Assembly: GCF_000015145.1 (NCBI RefSeq)
Contig: NC_008818.1
Location: 1,170,001-1,202,000, forward strand
Length of the DNA: 32,000 nt
Reading direction: 5' to 3'
Source: Hyperthermus butylicus DSM 5456
GTDB taxonomy: Archaea; Thermoproteota; Thermoprotei_A; Sulfolobales; Pyrodictiaceae
Made by a program: the position numbers and the translations under genes. The notes under the pieces were generated by a model. It searched no databases and was not told the DNA's origin. It saw nothing but the letters and a program-made list of their open reading frames with translations. Shown in pieces: positions 1-9,075 of this stretch. Within the stretch, counting starts at the first letter, position 1, and each line of letters starts with the position of its first letter.

Positions 1-2
1 CG

Positions 3-533
3 CCCGACCCCAGGCTCCCCACAGCTGTTGGGGGCTACCTCGCAGGGCTCCTCGAGGAGTTCCTATGCGGCGCCGTACACCTCACCGTCAAATGGCCAAA
101 CGACGTCTACGCGGGCGGGAGGAAGCTCGCCGGCATCCTGGTCGAGCACCGTGCGGGAATGCTACGGGTGGGCGTGGGGGTGAACGTCTACAACGAGCCG
201 CCGCCGGGCGCGACGTCGCTAGCCCAGCTGGGCTACGGGGGTCCGCTAGCGCTGGTCTACGCCGCCATCATAGAGGCTGTTATGAGGGCTGCGGAGGACC
301 CCGCAGGCGGCGTCGCGGAGGCTGCCGCCAGGGACATGCTCTGGGGCTGCAGGGTAGCCATAGAATCCCCCGAGGGGCTCGTCGAGGGAGTAGCCAGAGG
401 CATCACTAGCAGTGGAGCCCTACTCGTCGAGACGGGTGAGGGGACCGTGGAGCTGGCGTGCTGCCACGTAAAAGCCTGGAGCTGCAGTAACACCAGGCCA
501 GCCACCAAGTCAAGCCCGGCGGGAGGAGACTAG
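3..533 (+). CDS. birA: Biotin--[acetyl-CoA-carboxylase] ligase, C-terminal part (5' end outside window)
   Basis: Frame 3 is open from base 3 and reads ...LTVKWPNDVYAGGRKLAGILVEHRAGMLRVGVGVNV..., the classic BirA KWPND/GRKLAGIL(V/I)E motif. Confidence 0.9.
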   Translation, partial: PDPRLPTAVGGYLAGLLEEFLCGAVHLTVKWPNDVYAGGRKLAGILVEHRAGMLRVGVGVNVYNEPPPGATSLAQLGYGGPLALVYAAIIEAVMRAAEDPAGGVAEAAARDMLWGCRVAIESPEGLVEGVARGITSSGALLVETGEGTVELACCHVKAWSCSNTRPATKSSPAGGD

Positions 534-551
534 CCCCGGGATGGCCCGGCC

Positions 552-1082
552 TTGATACTCTCAGACCGCGACATAGCATGGTACATCGAGAAGGGCCTCC
601 TCCGGATAGACCCACTACTAGACGACACGATAAGGGAGAACGGCGTGGACCTGCGCCTGGATAGCGAGTTCTGCCGCTTCAACCCAGACGCCCCCGAGCT
701 AGACACGAGAAAACCATTCAACAGGGAAATCTACTACAACTGCGTGAAGGTAGACCCCGAGCAGGGCTTCACAGTAAAACCCTACGAGCACGTACTAGCC
801 ACCACAATGGAGACAGTCTGCCTACCCGACGACCTCGTAGGCCTAGTAAACGTGAGAAGCACCTTCGCCAGATACGGCATATTCGTCCCCCCAACCGTAA
901 TAGACGCCGGGTTCTGCGGACAGATAACAATCGAGATCATAGGCTCCGCCTACCCCGTAAGACTATACCCGGGCCAACGCTTCCTCCACGTAGTCTTCGT
1001 CCGCACAACAAGCCCAGTAGCAAACCCCTACCACGGCAAATACCAGGGACAAAGAGGCGTAACACCACCACGACCAGACTAG
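552..1082 (+). CDS. dcd: dCTP deaminase
   Basis: 176 aa ORF; MILSDRDIAWYIEKGLLRIDP..., NVRSTFARYGI and DAGFCGQITIEI motifs typical of dCTP deaminase. Confidence 0.9.
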   Translation: MILSDRDIAWYIEKGLLRIDPLLDDTIRENGVDLRLDSEFCRFNPDAPELDTRKPFNREIYYNCVKVDPEQGFTVKPYEHVLATTMETVCLPDDLVGLVNVRSTFARYGIFVPPTVIDAGFCGQITIEIIGSAYPVRLYPGQRFLHVVFVRTTSPVANPYHGKYQGQRGVTPPRPD

Positions 1083-1411
1083 ACAAAGCGAAGCTTCGAA
1101 ACAATCCCATACATAATGCCTAGCTGATTTCCCGCAATTACACTCAGTTTTGCAAATCGCAGGCACAAACATGATCAAATATGCTAAGCTCATCGAAAGA
1201 ATTATACTAGCTACTCACCCTGCTAGCTTGCCTAGTAACAACCCTAACTCTCCCCTAGCTAGCTATACACAGTCTCGCCTGCTCGTGAATCTGCACTGAA
1301 GCACTCACAGTCCCACCTAGACACTAACGACGCGACAGAGGACCTCGCACCAACACTGCAACCCAAATAACCCCCACCCAAACACGATACAACAATACAA
1401 CACGGCCAGAC

Positions 1412-1523
1412 GGGGCCGTCGTCTAGCCTGGCAGGATGCCAGCCTGGGGACGCACCCCGCCGCCCGAAAGGGCGGGCGCCAGAGCGCTGGTGGTCCCGGG
1501 TTCAAATCCCGGCGGCCCCACCA
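1412..1523 (+). tRNA. tRNA-Pro(GGG) with a 35-nt intron at position 37/38 (intron 1450..1484); CCA encoded
   Basis: Acceptor GGGGCCG/CGGCCCC, anticodon stem CCAGC/GCTGG, T arm CCGGG-TTCAAAT-CCCGG, terminal ACCA. Precursor folds as a canonical bulge-helix-bulge: 4-bp helix CTGG (1444-1447)/CCAG (1479-1482), 3-nt bulges GGA (1448-1450) and AGC (1483-1485). Confidence 0.93.
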
Positions 1524-1818
1524 TTACTTCTCCCTAATCGCGTCCTGGCTGGCCATTGCTGCTCCCATTTTGGATGCTGAGCGTGTCTCTGCTTCTGGGT
1601 TGTGGCACGAGGGTGCTTGGCGGGTGTAGGAAGCGTGATGGTATTGCTTTGAGCCCTTGTTTGCACGGGGCTGTTTCCATGTCCTCGTCGGGGATTTCGA
1701 CTATGTCTAACTTGCTGCGCCTACGCGATTGGTGCTGGCGGGCATAGGGGTTTCGGAACTCTTTTTCGAACAGGGAAACAGCTACTACGTAGAAGTCTTT
1801 TTAAACAAGTGTTAAGTA

Positions 1819-2226
1819 TTGGTAGGGTATGGTGAGGGGTTCTTGGCTGTCAAGCCTTTCGGGGAGATCATATATTCTCAGGAGAGGGCTAGCGGCGAGG
1901 CCATAAGCAAGGTTGAGACTCATACCCCGAGGATTGAAGCGCCTGACACTGTGAAGGCTGGTGAGCCTTTCCAGGTTCGGATAAGGGTTGGCCCGCATCC
2001 CAGCAAGGTTGAGCACTCTATAAGGTGGATAGAGGTCTACTTCTACGAGGAGGGTAGGCCGTACAACCCGATACACCTGGCGAGGATAGACCTGGCACCG
2101 GAGTATGCCGAGCCCGACGTGACGCTGACGCTCCGGCTGAAGAGGGGTGGCGTAATCTACGTACTGGAGTACTGCAACCTCCACGGCGTGTGGGAGGCCC
2201 GGAAGGAGGTTAAGGTGGAGAGCTAA
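1819..2226 (+). CDS. Superoxide reductase / desulfoferrodoxin-family iron protein
   Basis: ETHTPRIEAPDTVKAGEPFQVRIRVG.HPSKVEHSIRWIEVYF...EYCNLHGVWEARKEVKV matches the Fe(His4Cys) centre pattern. A TATA-like TTTTTAAA lies about 20 nt upstream of the called TTG start; the true start may be further downstream. Confidence 0.85.
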   Translation: MVGYGEGFLAVKPFGEIIYSQERASGEAISKVETHTPRIEAPDTVKAGEPFQVRIRVGPHPSKVEHSIRWIEVYFYEEGRPYNPIHLARIDLAPEYAEPDVTLTLRLKRGGVIYVLEYCNLHGVWEARKEVKVES

Positions 2227-2439
2227 CCCCCACGGCTCAGCTGCGGCATAAGCGTCCGCCTCCGCCCCTGCTTCTTTTCCCCCCTCGGGGGCTCGAGTGA
2301 AGCGTTAGGGTTTCTCCCTGGCATGGTTTCTCTGGGTATTCGCTTCGCTGTTATCGGTCCTGTAGTGGGCCTGGTCGCCTGTAGAGTTAGGCTTAACCGT
2401 TACGATGCCTTCGCGTTTCTTGATGGTGCGTAGCAAGGG

Positions 2440-3615
2440 ATGGCTACAAGGGTTATAAGGATGAATGTGGCTGCGCTAAGCCTGTACTCGCTGTTCCGTG
2501 GATTTAGTGTTAGTGGCTACCAGGTATTGTTCTCCGCCTACATGAGGTCTCTAGGCTACAGCATGACGAGTATCGGTGGAGCAGTCACGGTATCCTCTCT
2601 CGCTGGCGCACTGCTGGCGCCTGGTTTCGGCGCAGTAATAGAATGCTACGGCGCGAGGCTTACGACAACCCTTACGGGCCTCATGCTGGTGGTTTCACTC
2701 CTACTACTCTCCATACCCGAGCCGGGCTACGCAGCCTTCGTAGCCTCCTACGTGCTATACATGCTCGCCTTCAGCCTAGGGCAGCCGGCTCGCTCAACAC
2801 TCCTAGCGAAGAGTGTACCCGGGGAACTACACGGCTACTACACCGGCGTAACCATGGCTGTATTCGCCACTGCACGCATAGTCGGACCCCTCACCGCCGG
2901 CTGGCTAGCAGCTCGAGCCGGCTACCCTCAAGCCTTCACTGTGCTCACCCTCTCAGCCGCAGTCGGGGTCACAGTGTTCCACATCCTCTCCATGGAGCCT
3001 AGCGAGCCAGCCTGCAAGAACACGCTTCAGAAGCTCCGGAGCGCCTACACCAGCGCCCTCAAGCCGCACAAGGAGCTGCGTAGGCTCTACCCCCTACTAG
3101 TCGTGGACCGGAGCGGCTGGAGCCTCTGGTTCCCCCTGCTAAGCGCCCAGCTTAAAGCAGTAGGTTACACCGAGGACCAGATAGGCGCCCTCTACACGGC
3201 CTCAAGCCTCCTACAAGCCACAACAAGCATGGTATGGGGAAGGCTTACAGACCGACTAGGCCCTGCCAAGACCGTAGCATCATCAGAACTCCTCGGCGCT
3301 GCAGCACTGCCGCTTCTCGCAAACCCCCACCCATGGATAAACGCCGCAGCAGGAATGGCCCTCATCGGCCTATCAATAGCAGCATGGGTACCCGCATACA
3401 ACAAGCTGGTAGCCCAGCTGGCAAGAGGAAACCTAGGCGAAGCATACGCAAACGCAAACGCGGTGAGAAGCCTCGCAGGAACACCCACACCCACCATAGG
3501 CGGCATAATCTACGAAACACTGGGCCCCGCAGCACTATATACGCTATCAGCCACACTGCTAACCACATCAGCGGCATACGCCCTCAAAACACTAGACACC
3601 AAGACAACAAAATAA
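2440..3615 (+). CDS. Major facilitator superfamily transporter
   Basis: 391 aa, about 12 hydrophobic segments, MFS-like loop GRLTDRLGPAKTV and internal symmetry. Confidence 0.85.
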   Translation: MATRVIRMNVAALSLYSLFRGFSVSGYQVLFSAYMRSLGYSMTSIGGAVTVSSLAGALLAPGFGAVIECYGARLTTTLTGLMLVVSLLLLSIPEPGYAAFVASYVLYMLAFSLGQPARSTLLAKSVPGELHGYYTGVTMAVFATARIVGPLTAGWLAARAGYPQAFTVLTLSAAVGVTVFHILSMEPSEPACKNTLQKLRSAYTSALKPHKELRRLYPLLVVDRSGWSLWFPLLSAQLKAVGYTEDQIGALYTASSLLQATTSMVWGRLTDRLGPAKTVASSELLGAAALPLLANPHPWINAAAGMALIGLSIAAWVPAYNKLVAQLARGNLGEAYANANAVRSLAGTPTPTIGGIIYETLGPAALYTLSATLLTTSAAYALKTLDTKTTK

Positions 3616-3682
3616 TACCCACCTAAACACACCAACACCCAGCACGGCGGGCCCCGGCCACCCCAAAAACCTGGACTAGGAT

Positions 3683-3760
3683 GGGCCCGTAGCTCAGCCA
3701 GGACAGAGCGCCGGCCTCCGGAGCCGGAGGTCCCGGGTTCAAATCCCGGCGGGCCCGCCA
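3683..3760 (+). tRNA. tRNA-Arg(CCG), CCA encoded
   Basis: GGGCCCG...CGGGCCC acceptor, anticodon arm CCGGC-CTCCGGA-GCCGG (anticodon CCG), T arm CCGGG-TTCAAAT-CCCGG, G discriminator, CCA. Confidence 0.95.
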
Positions 3761-3940
3761 CAAGCACATCTAAACCTTCACTAAATCACGCTGGGAATAT
3801 GTCGGTTTCCGAATGTTGCATCCCCACGTCGCCACCATGCAACATATATCCGCTAATCACTCCTGATACACTCCCGGGGATCCCCGAGCTTGAGCCCCCC
3901 GAATGATGGGCAGGCAATCCCGGCCGGGGAGCCTTGGTGA

Positions 3941-5192
3941 AGCCTTGTAGACCCCTCCAAGCTGGACCAGGAGCTTAGGAGGAGGCTCCTCGAGAGGCTT
4001 GTCAAAAAGCTCGGAGTCAAGGGAGCCTCCGAACTGCTGGGCGTGGACCGGACGCTCATATACCGCATGAGGAAGGGCAAGGTAGCCGTGGGAGACCACC
4101 ACGTCCCCAGGATCCTCAGCGGGCTAAGCCAGGAGGAGTTCGAGGAGGAATTAACCCTTGGAGAGAAGCTCGAGTCCCTAGGGATAATAAGCGAGGACAA
4201 GGTGAACTACACCCTACTCCTCCAGATCCTAGCCGTTGCGATGAGGGATCCCTACGCCCGGAGCCTGGTCCTACGGTACGTTACCTAGCACTACCGCGAG
4301 GACCTAAGGAGGATGCTAGAGACGGAGCTGGAGCTGAAACGACTAGAATGGACCCGCGGCTTCGAGGAGTACCTTCGCAGCCCGCCTAAGGGCAGGCCTA
4401 TAGCGAGGGAGGACACCATAGCATACTACCGTAACCTCTTCAAGCGACACCTAGAGGGCAGGAAGCTATCGAGGCAGCTTGTCGAGGAGGTGTCAGAGTC
4501 AAGCAACCAATGGCTGCGGGTCGTGTTCAAGGCACTACGCCAACTACCTCTATACTCGGGGCGAGATTAGCCACCAAACCCTCCACTGGATCCAAGCAAG
4601 AGTCCCGGGAAGGCGTACCCCCAAGACTCCCAGGAACCCAGCGGTAGACCTAGAGGAGCTACGCTCAACGCTAGCCTACCTAGCAGGGAACCATGAGAGG
4701 TACTATCTCCTCTACAGGCTAATGCTAGAATCCGGCCTGAGGTTCGAGCATGCCCTGCGCCTCCTCGCCTCCCCCATACTGGAGGGTAGCGTGGTCGTAT
4801 ACGACCGTGTCTACCCCAGGCTATACTGTGATGAGGGGAGGGGCTTCTGTAGGCTCTACCTTGGATTCAACCAGGGGGTTAAGAGGGCTGAGTTCGCCTA
4901 CTTCTCCACCAAGACCCGTAGGCTGGTCGAGGACCTCACACCCTGGAGCGTGCACCGCAGGAGCGTCGAGCGCTACGTCTCAAGGCATGGATTGATGAGG
5001 CCTGGGCTCTTGAGGAAGGCCTCTTGGCAGCTGCTTATAGCCTCGGGTGTGCCCCGCGAGGTTGCCCGCTTTATCCATTCTCGCTTCGGCGAGCTCAGGG
5101 TCAGCGAGTCATACTACGAGGGCCTGGTGAGGGAGGCAGACCAGTGGTACCCACGCTACCTCAAGCACCTCAAGAGCCTGAACCTGACCTAG
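3941..5192 (+). pseudogene. Crenarchaeal HTH-containing tyrosine recombinase/integrase, degraded (in-frame TAG plus frameshift)
   Basis: Frame 2: LLERLVKKLGVKGASELLGVDRTLIYRMRKGKVAV...LRYVT*HYREDLRRML...YYRNLFKRHLEG...NQWLRVVF (TAG at 4286-4288). It then shifts near 4525-4540 to frame 3: RHYANYLYTRGEIS...YLLYRLMLESGLRFEHALRLL...RKASWQLLIASGVPREVARFIHSR...SYYEGLVREADQWYPRYLKHL, i.e. Arg...Arg...Tyr of archaeal integrases. No obvious start codon in frame. Confidence 0.8.
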
Positions 5193-5452
5193 CCTCACCC
5201 CCGCATATAGAGAGGCTGGGGGACCCATTAGCCCCATACTAATTAGTATTAGGAGGGATTGGGGCTCCCAATACCTTGAGAATACACGACGTAATAGAGC
5301 ATCTCCACGAAATTAGGAGCTTCGGGGCTCGAAATCAGAGCTGATAATTAATCTCCCTGAAATGGGGCGCTAGACAGGGCTTCCTCCGCACTCGCCTACA
5401 GGCTAGAGGCATGGTTGATACACTCTATCATGAATCTGCCTCTCCTGCTTGA

Positions 5453-6049
5453 TTATCTCTCATATTCCTCCCTCAGCCTTCTCCGCAGTGTGGAGTAACC
5501 CACTCCCAGCACCCGGGCTACGTCTCTTAGGCTCAGGCCTTTCCCACGGAGCTCCTCGTATTTCTTCCAGTCTATTGGCTTCCTGGGCCTTCCCACACGC
5601 TTACCCTCCAGTTTGGCCCTCCTCATGCCCTCCCTTGTACGCTGCCTTAGCAGCTCTCTTTCCCTTTCAGCCGCCCATGCTAGGACTGCTATGACTAGCT
5701 TCCTGACCTGGGGGTCTAGGCTCTGTAGGAAGGACTCCCTAGGGCTTACTGGGGGGACTGGGGCTCCCATCTCCTCCAGCTCCTCTACTGCCCTGAGGGT
5801 CTCGTAGAAGCTTCTTCCAATCCTTTACAGCTCGTACACAAGGACGGGCAGTGGCTTAACCCTCACCCTCTCAAGGAGCCTCCTATATGCAGGCCTGCCT
5901 CTCGGGGAAACCGCGCCGCTCACGCCATGATCCACGAACCATTCCTCTACGCGGAAACCGTGCTCCCGGGCCCATTCGAGTATTGCTATCTTCTGGTTTC
6001 CCGGATTCTCGTTATCGAGGCTTACCCGGATGTAGGCGTAGGCGCTCCT
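5453..6049 (-). pseudogene. Serine recombinase (resolvase family) interrupted by one in-frame TAA
   Basis: Minus-strand frame reads RSAYAYIRVSLDNENPGNQKIAILEWAREHGFRVEEWFVDHGVSG...LLERVRVKPLPVLVYEL*RIGRSFYETLRAVEELEEMGAPV...AVLAWAAERERELLRQRTREGMRRAKLEGKRVGRPRKP...GLSLRDVARVLGVGYSTLRRRL. Stop at 5825-5827; catalytic-Ser context YIRVS at about 6020-6031. Confidence 0.82.
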
Positions 6050-6121
6050 AGCCCCGGAACCCTTATGACCATGAGTCGTGATCGGAACCCTCCCATACGG
6101 GCGAATGTCCGTAAGGGACCC

Positions 6122-6664
6122 CTACCGAGCACTCCCATCGAGTTCATCGATAATCTCGTATAGTGCCTGGATTAAGTATGGGCGGAGGGCGGCGTCCGGG
6201 AGGTATCCCTGGACGCCTGGGGTTGTAGCTAGTGTTAGGAGCGCTGAGGAGCACGCTTGAGCAAGTAACTCTATGCTAGACCGAGCCCACTTGTTCACTG
6301 TCGTTACGCCTAGAGGTGTCTTGGCCCCGAATGTCTGGACCTCAGCCTTGACAACGTTCATCTGCCGGTTATAATAAATCTTGACTATCCTTGTGCCGTC
6401 GCCTGTAAGCATTCCCTTGAAGCTGTCAACTCCCCACTTGAGTGGGATGTAGGTTTCGAGCCTCGTCACGCGCCGTGCCCTCTCCATACTGGCCCTGATC
6501 GCTAGATCCCACAGGGTGAGCCCATCCTCGGAGGTGATCACTAGGGGATCCCTTCTATATGCGCTCTCCAGCCTAGCATTCTCCACAAGCAACACCGTGG
6601 AGGGCCCTCTGGGGTCGCCTGGGAGGTTGAGGATGTAGAGGCCTCCCCCGAGCCTTCTAACCAA
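6122..6664 (-). CDS. Hypothetical winged-helix-containing protein, probably 5'-truncated or decayed
   Basis: Frame is open upstream to about 6735 (GDAEEYYGVNLTYYQVVKALQRLRRRGLVRRLGGGLYIL, wHTH-like) but has no ATG/GTG start there; the called start is an internal TTG. Confidence 0.4.
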   Translation of the reverse strand: MVRRLGGGLYILNLPGDPRGPSTVLLVENARLESAYRRDPLVITSEDGLTLWDLAIRASMERARRVTRLETYIPLKWGVDSFKGMLTGDGTRIVKIYYNRQMNVVKAEVQTFGAKTPLGVTTVNKWARSSIELLAQACSSALLTLATTPGVQGYLPDAALRPYLIQALYEIIDELDGSAR

Positions 6665-6799
6665 GCCTCTCCTGCGAAGGCGCTGGAGCGCCTTGACAAC
6701 CTGGTAGTAGGTGAGGTTTACACCGTAGTATTCCTCAGCGTCGCCTATTATATTATGTAATCCTCATTTCGTAACAGGTTTGAACTCATACTTAATTGC

Positions 6800-8527
6800 T
6801 TAGCTTATTAACTTTTTCAATTTGCGATAGAGAACGATTGCTATTATGCTAATTGCGTATCCAAGAAGTCTTGAAGGTAGAAGTAGTATTAATAGTTCAT
6901 CGTAATACCCCAATGTGGTGCTTGATTTGCAGTTATTTACGCCTTCAACCTTGAATATCAGTGAATACTTGAGTTCCGATGATAGTGGTTCTCGCGAGAT
7001 AAGGCCTTTTTCTTCGAGCATCTTTATAACGTTTCTAGGATTTGAGTAAAACCATTTGCTGTCTACAACTATGTACTTAATGCAGTATTTTTTACTCATA
7101 TTATAGACTTTGTAGTAGCTAAGACTGTTCTTCACAAGATTATCGTAAACTATATAGTCCTTGTAGATACATCCCTCCATAAAACAGCTAAGCGCGTGCC
7201 ATGTCTTAGGGCTAAAAACGTTTATCCATTGGTTTCCATGAAATGTATCACCGTCCATCAGGTACGCTCGAAAGCCTTCACCAGTATTCTCCTTAAGGAA
7301 CTGAGCGACAAGGTATTCATCGCTATACACATAGGTATGGTCTGTGTGAAAGCTGTTCCAGTAGACTCCGACGTAGGCTGGCGTGTAGGCTGCAATGAAC
7401 GCTACTAGAGCAAGGTGCGCGAATAGAGTAATGCTATGTCTTCCTCGTGAATTCTTAGCTGCTCTGGATAGTGAGTCTAGGAAGCCTAGAACCATTAACA
7501 GCCCTAGGGTGGGTATGAGTCTGAGTCCTTGCCCGTAAACCGCCACAAGGATTGTAAACGCAAGAATGTAATATAATGGCAGTTTTTCAGCTCTCCTCGC
7601 AATCGTAACATACGCGATGACGGCGATAAGCCCCATAACAATTATCGGGAGTTGCACAGCAGGCTCATAGAGAGGCGGGTACGGGCTAGAGCTATGGGCG
7701 AGTATTGATAGCTTGAAGCTTAAAGGTGTTTTCACCCGTAGATAATGCTGCAACCCGAAGGGTAGTAGTGCTGGTATAAGCCACCATGCAGTATAAGCAG
7801 CTGAGAGTAGTACTCCTACCGCTACTAGGATTATTAGGTATGTTATAGCCCTAAAGCTTGCCCCTCTCCTATAATGCGTGAGGATCTTAGCAACGAAAGT
7901 TGTAAGAGCCAGGATTGCGAGTTCGAGTGAGGCTATAAGGTGGGTTAGTAGCGTTAGGGCGGAGAATATGCTGAAACGCTTAACCTCATCGGAATCACCA
8001 GAATCTAGGAGCTTAACGAGGCTTGCTAGGGATAGGAAGGCGAAGGCTTCGCCTAGTATCCTAGTATACTCCCAATAAACTGCAATAGTTGATACGTATC
8101 CTGATATCAACGGCGCGGCTAGGGCTAGGAGTAGGGATGCCCTGCTTGAACCACTTACGCTGTAGGCGAAGGAGTATATAGCCCTAAGGAAAGCGTATAT
8201 GGCTATGAAGTACGCTAGATAGGCTCCATATATAAAGCTGCCAGCTAATAGTCCAAGAGCGAATATGAGTAGAAGGCCTAGAGGAGGGTAGAACCGAAGT
8301 AGGTCGAAACCCCCACACCACGCTGGCGTGTACAGACCGTAGGAGTGTAGCTCCTTAGCCCACGAGATGTAGTATGCTATGGTTGCACTGTGGAAGTAGC
8401 CTCTCTCAAAGCTAGGAAGCCCCTCAGCTGTAAGGAGAGGATGTGCTAGTATGAGCGCCCATAACACTATTGCTATAGATGCAACAGTCTCGAATGGTAA
8501 TGATCTTGCAAACCTCATCAAGGCCAC
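6800..8527 (-). CDS. Large multi-pass membrane protein, GT-C-like (6-pyruvoyl-tetrahydropterin-synthase-related membrane domain type)
   Basis: 575 aa, many TM segments, WCGGFDLLRFYPPLG motif in the first extracytoplasmic loop followed by a C-terminal soluble region and final TM. Confidence 0.55.
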   Translation of the reverse strand: MALMRFARSLPFETVASIAIVLWALILAHPLLTAEGLPSFERGYFHSATIAYYISWAKELHSYGLYTPAWCGGFDLLRFYPPLGLLLIFALGLLAGSFIYGAYLAYFIAIYAFLRAIYSFAYSVSGSSRASLLLALAAPLISGYVSTIAVYWEYTRILGEAFAFLSLASLVKLLDSGDSDEVKRFSIFSALTLLTHLIASLELAILALTTFVAKILTHYRRGASFRAITYLIILVAVGVLLSAAYTAWWLIPALLPFGLQHYLRVKTPLSFKLSILAHSSSPYPPLYEPAVQLPIIVMGLIAVIAYVTIARRAEKLPLYYILAFTILVAVYGQGLRLIPTLGLLMVLGFLDSLSRAAKNSRGRHSITLFAHLALVAFIAAYTPAYVGVYWNSFHTDHTYVYSDEYLVAQFLKENTGEGFRAYLMDGDTFHGNQWINVFSPKTWHALSCFMEGCIYKDYIVYDNLVKNSLSYYKVYNMSKKYCIKYIVVDSKWFYSNPRNVIKMLEEKGLISREPLSSELKYSLIFKVEGVNNCKSSTTLGYYDELLILLLPSRLLGYAISIIAIVLYRKLKKLIS

Positions 8528-9075
8528 CCTGCATATCTACTAGTTCTATAGATCCAGTCAACCCACAGTGTTGCAACCAGTAGTATCATGAAAGCGCCGC
8601 CAAGCACGTCGTGGAAGAAACGGAACGCTGCATAGCCCTGCACAACGCCAGCAACTCCGGACACAAACATGCGGACTATGTTAGCGAAGAAGAGGATTGT
8701 CGATCCCACAATGCCTGCCTTCACTTTCTGCCACTTACTAATCCTCGGGGTAAAAACTACGAGTAGGATGTAGACAATTAGAGAGTATATGCCAACGCAG
8801 GAAGGAGTGAGCACTATTGTGACAACATTCCCCCCTCCCCAGATCATGAGTGCATTATGGGCTACATCAATCACATTAATGCCCAGCGCTTTATAGGAGA
8901 GGATCATCACCCTCTTCTCAATCAACACTACTGGCTTGTAGAGAGACGTAAATATAATGACGTAGAGTATTACCGTTATCACTGCTATGGAGACTAATAA
9001 GCTATAGAAGCTATTGGTGCGAGCTTTTCTAATCACTGTAGAACCTCTCGTACTTACCCCTCTTGCTCGTAACAT
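8518..9075 (-). CDS. Archaeosortase/exosortase family transpeptidase-like membrane protein
   Basis: 185 aa, multiple TM segments with spaced catalytic motifs: LTPSCVGIYSL (C93), FANIVRM (R135), FRFFHDVLGG (H155). Overlaps neighbours on both sides. Confidence 0.85.
   Translation of the reverse strand: MLRARGVSTRGSTVIRKARTNSFYSLLVSIAVITVILYVIIFTSLYKPVVLIEKRVMILSYKALGINVIDVAHNALMIWGGGNVVTIVLTPSCVGIYSLIVYILLVVFTPRISKWQKVKAGIVGSTILFFANIVRMFVSGVAGVVQGYAAFRFFHDVLGGAFMILLVATLWVDWIYRTSRYAGWP

Noticed and set aside
65-409. Arg/Gly-rich ORF in frame with high GC
   Set aside because: Out-of-frame translation of the birA C-terminus.
1317-1505. Minus-strand ORF over the tRNA-Pro region
   Set aside because: Overlaps an intact intron-containing tRNA; no protein-like features.
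3510-3767. Minus-strand ORF MLVAGPPGFEPGTSGSGGRRSVLAELRAHPS...
   Set aside because: Its start is simply the antisense translation of tRNA-Arg(CCG), and the rest is antisense to the MFS gene; spurious.
5927-6163. Plus-strand ORF MIHEPFLYAETVLPG...
   Set aside because: Antisense to the resolvase domain, which explains the sequence better (YIRVS, EWFVDHGVSG motifs on the minus strand).
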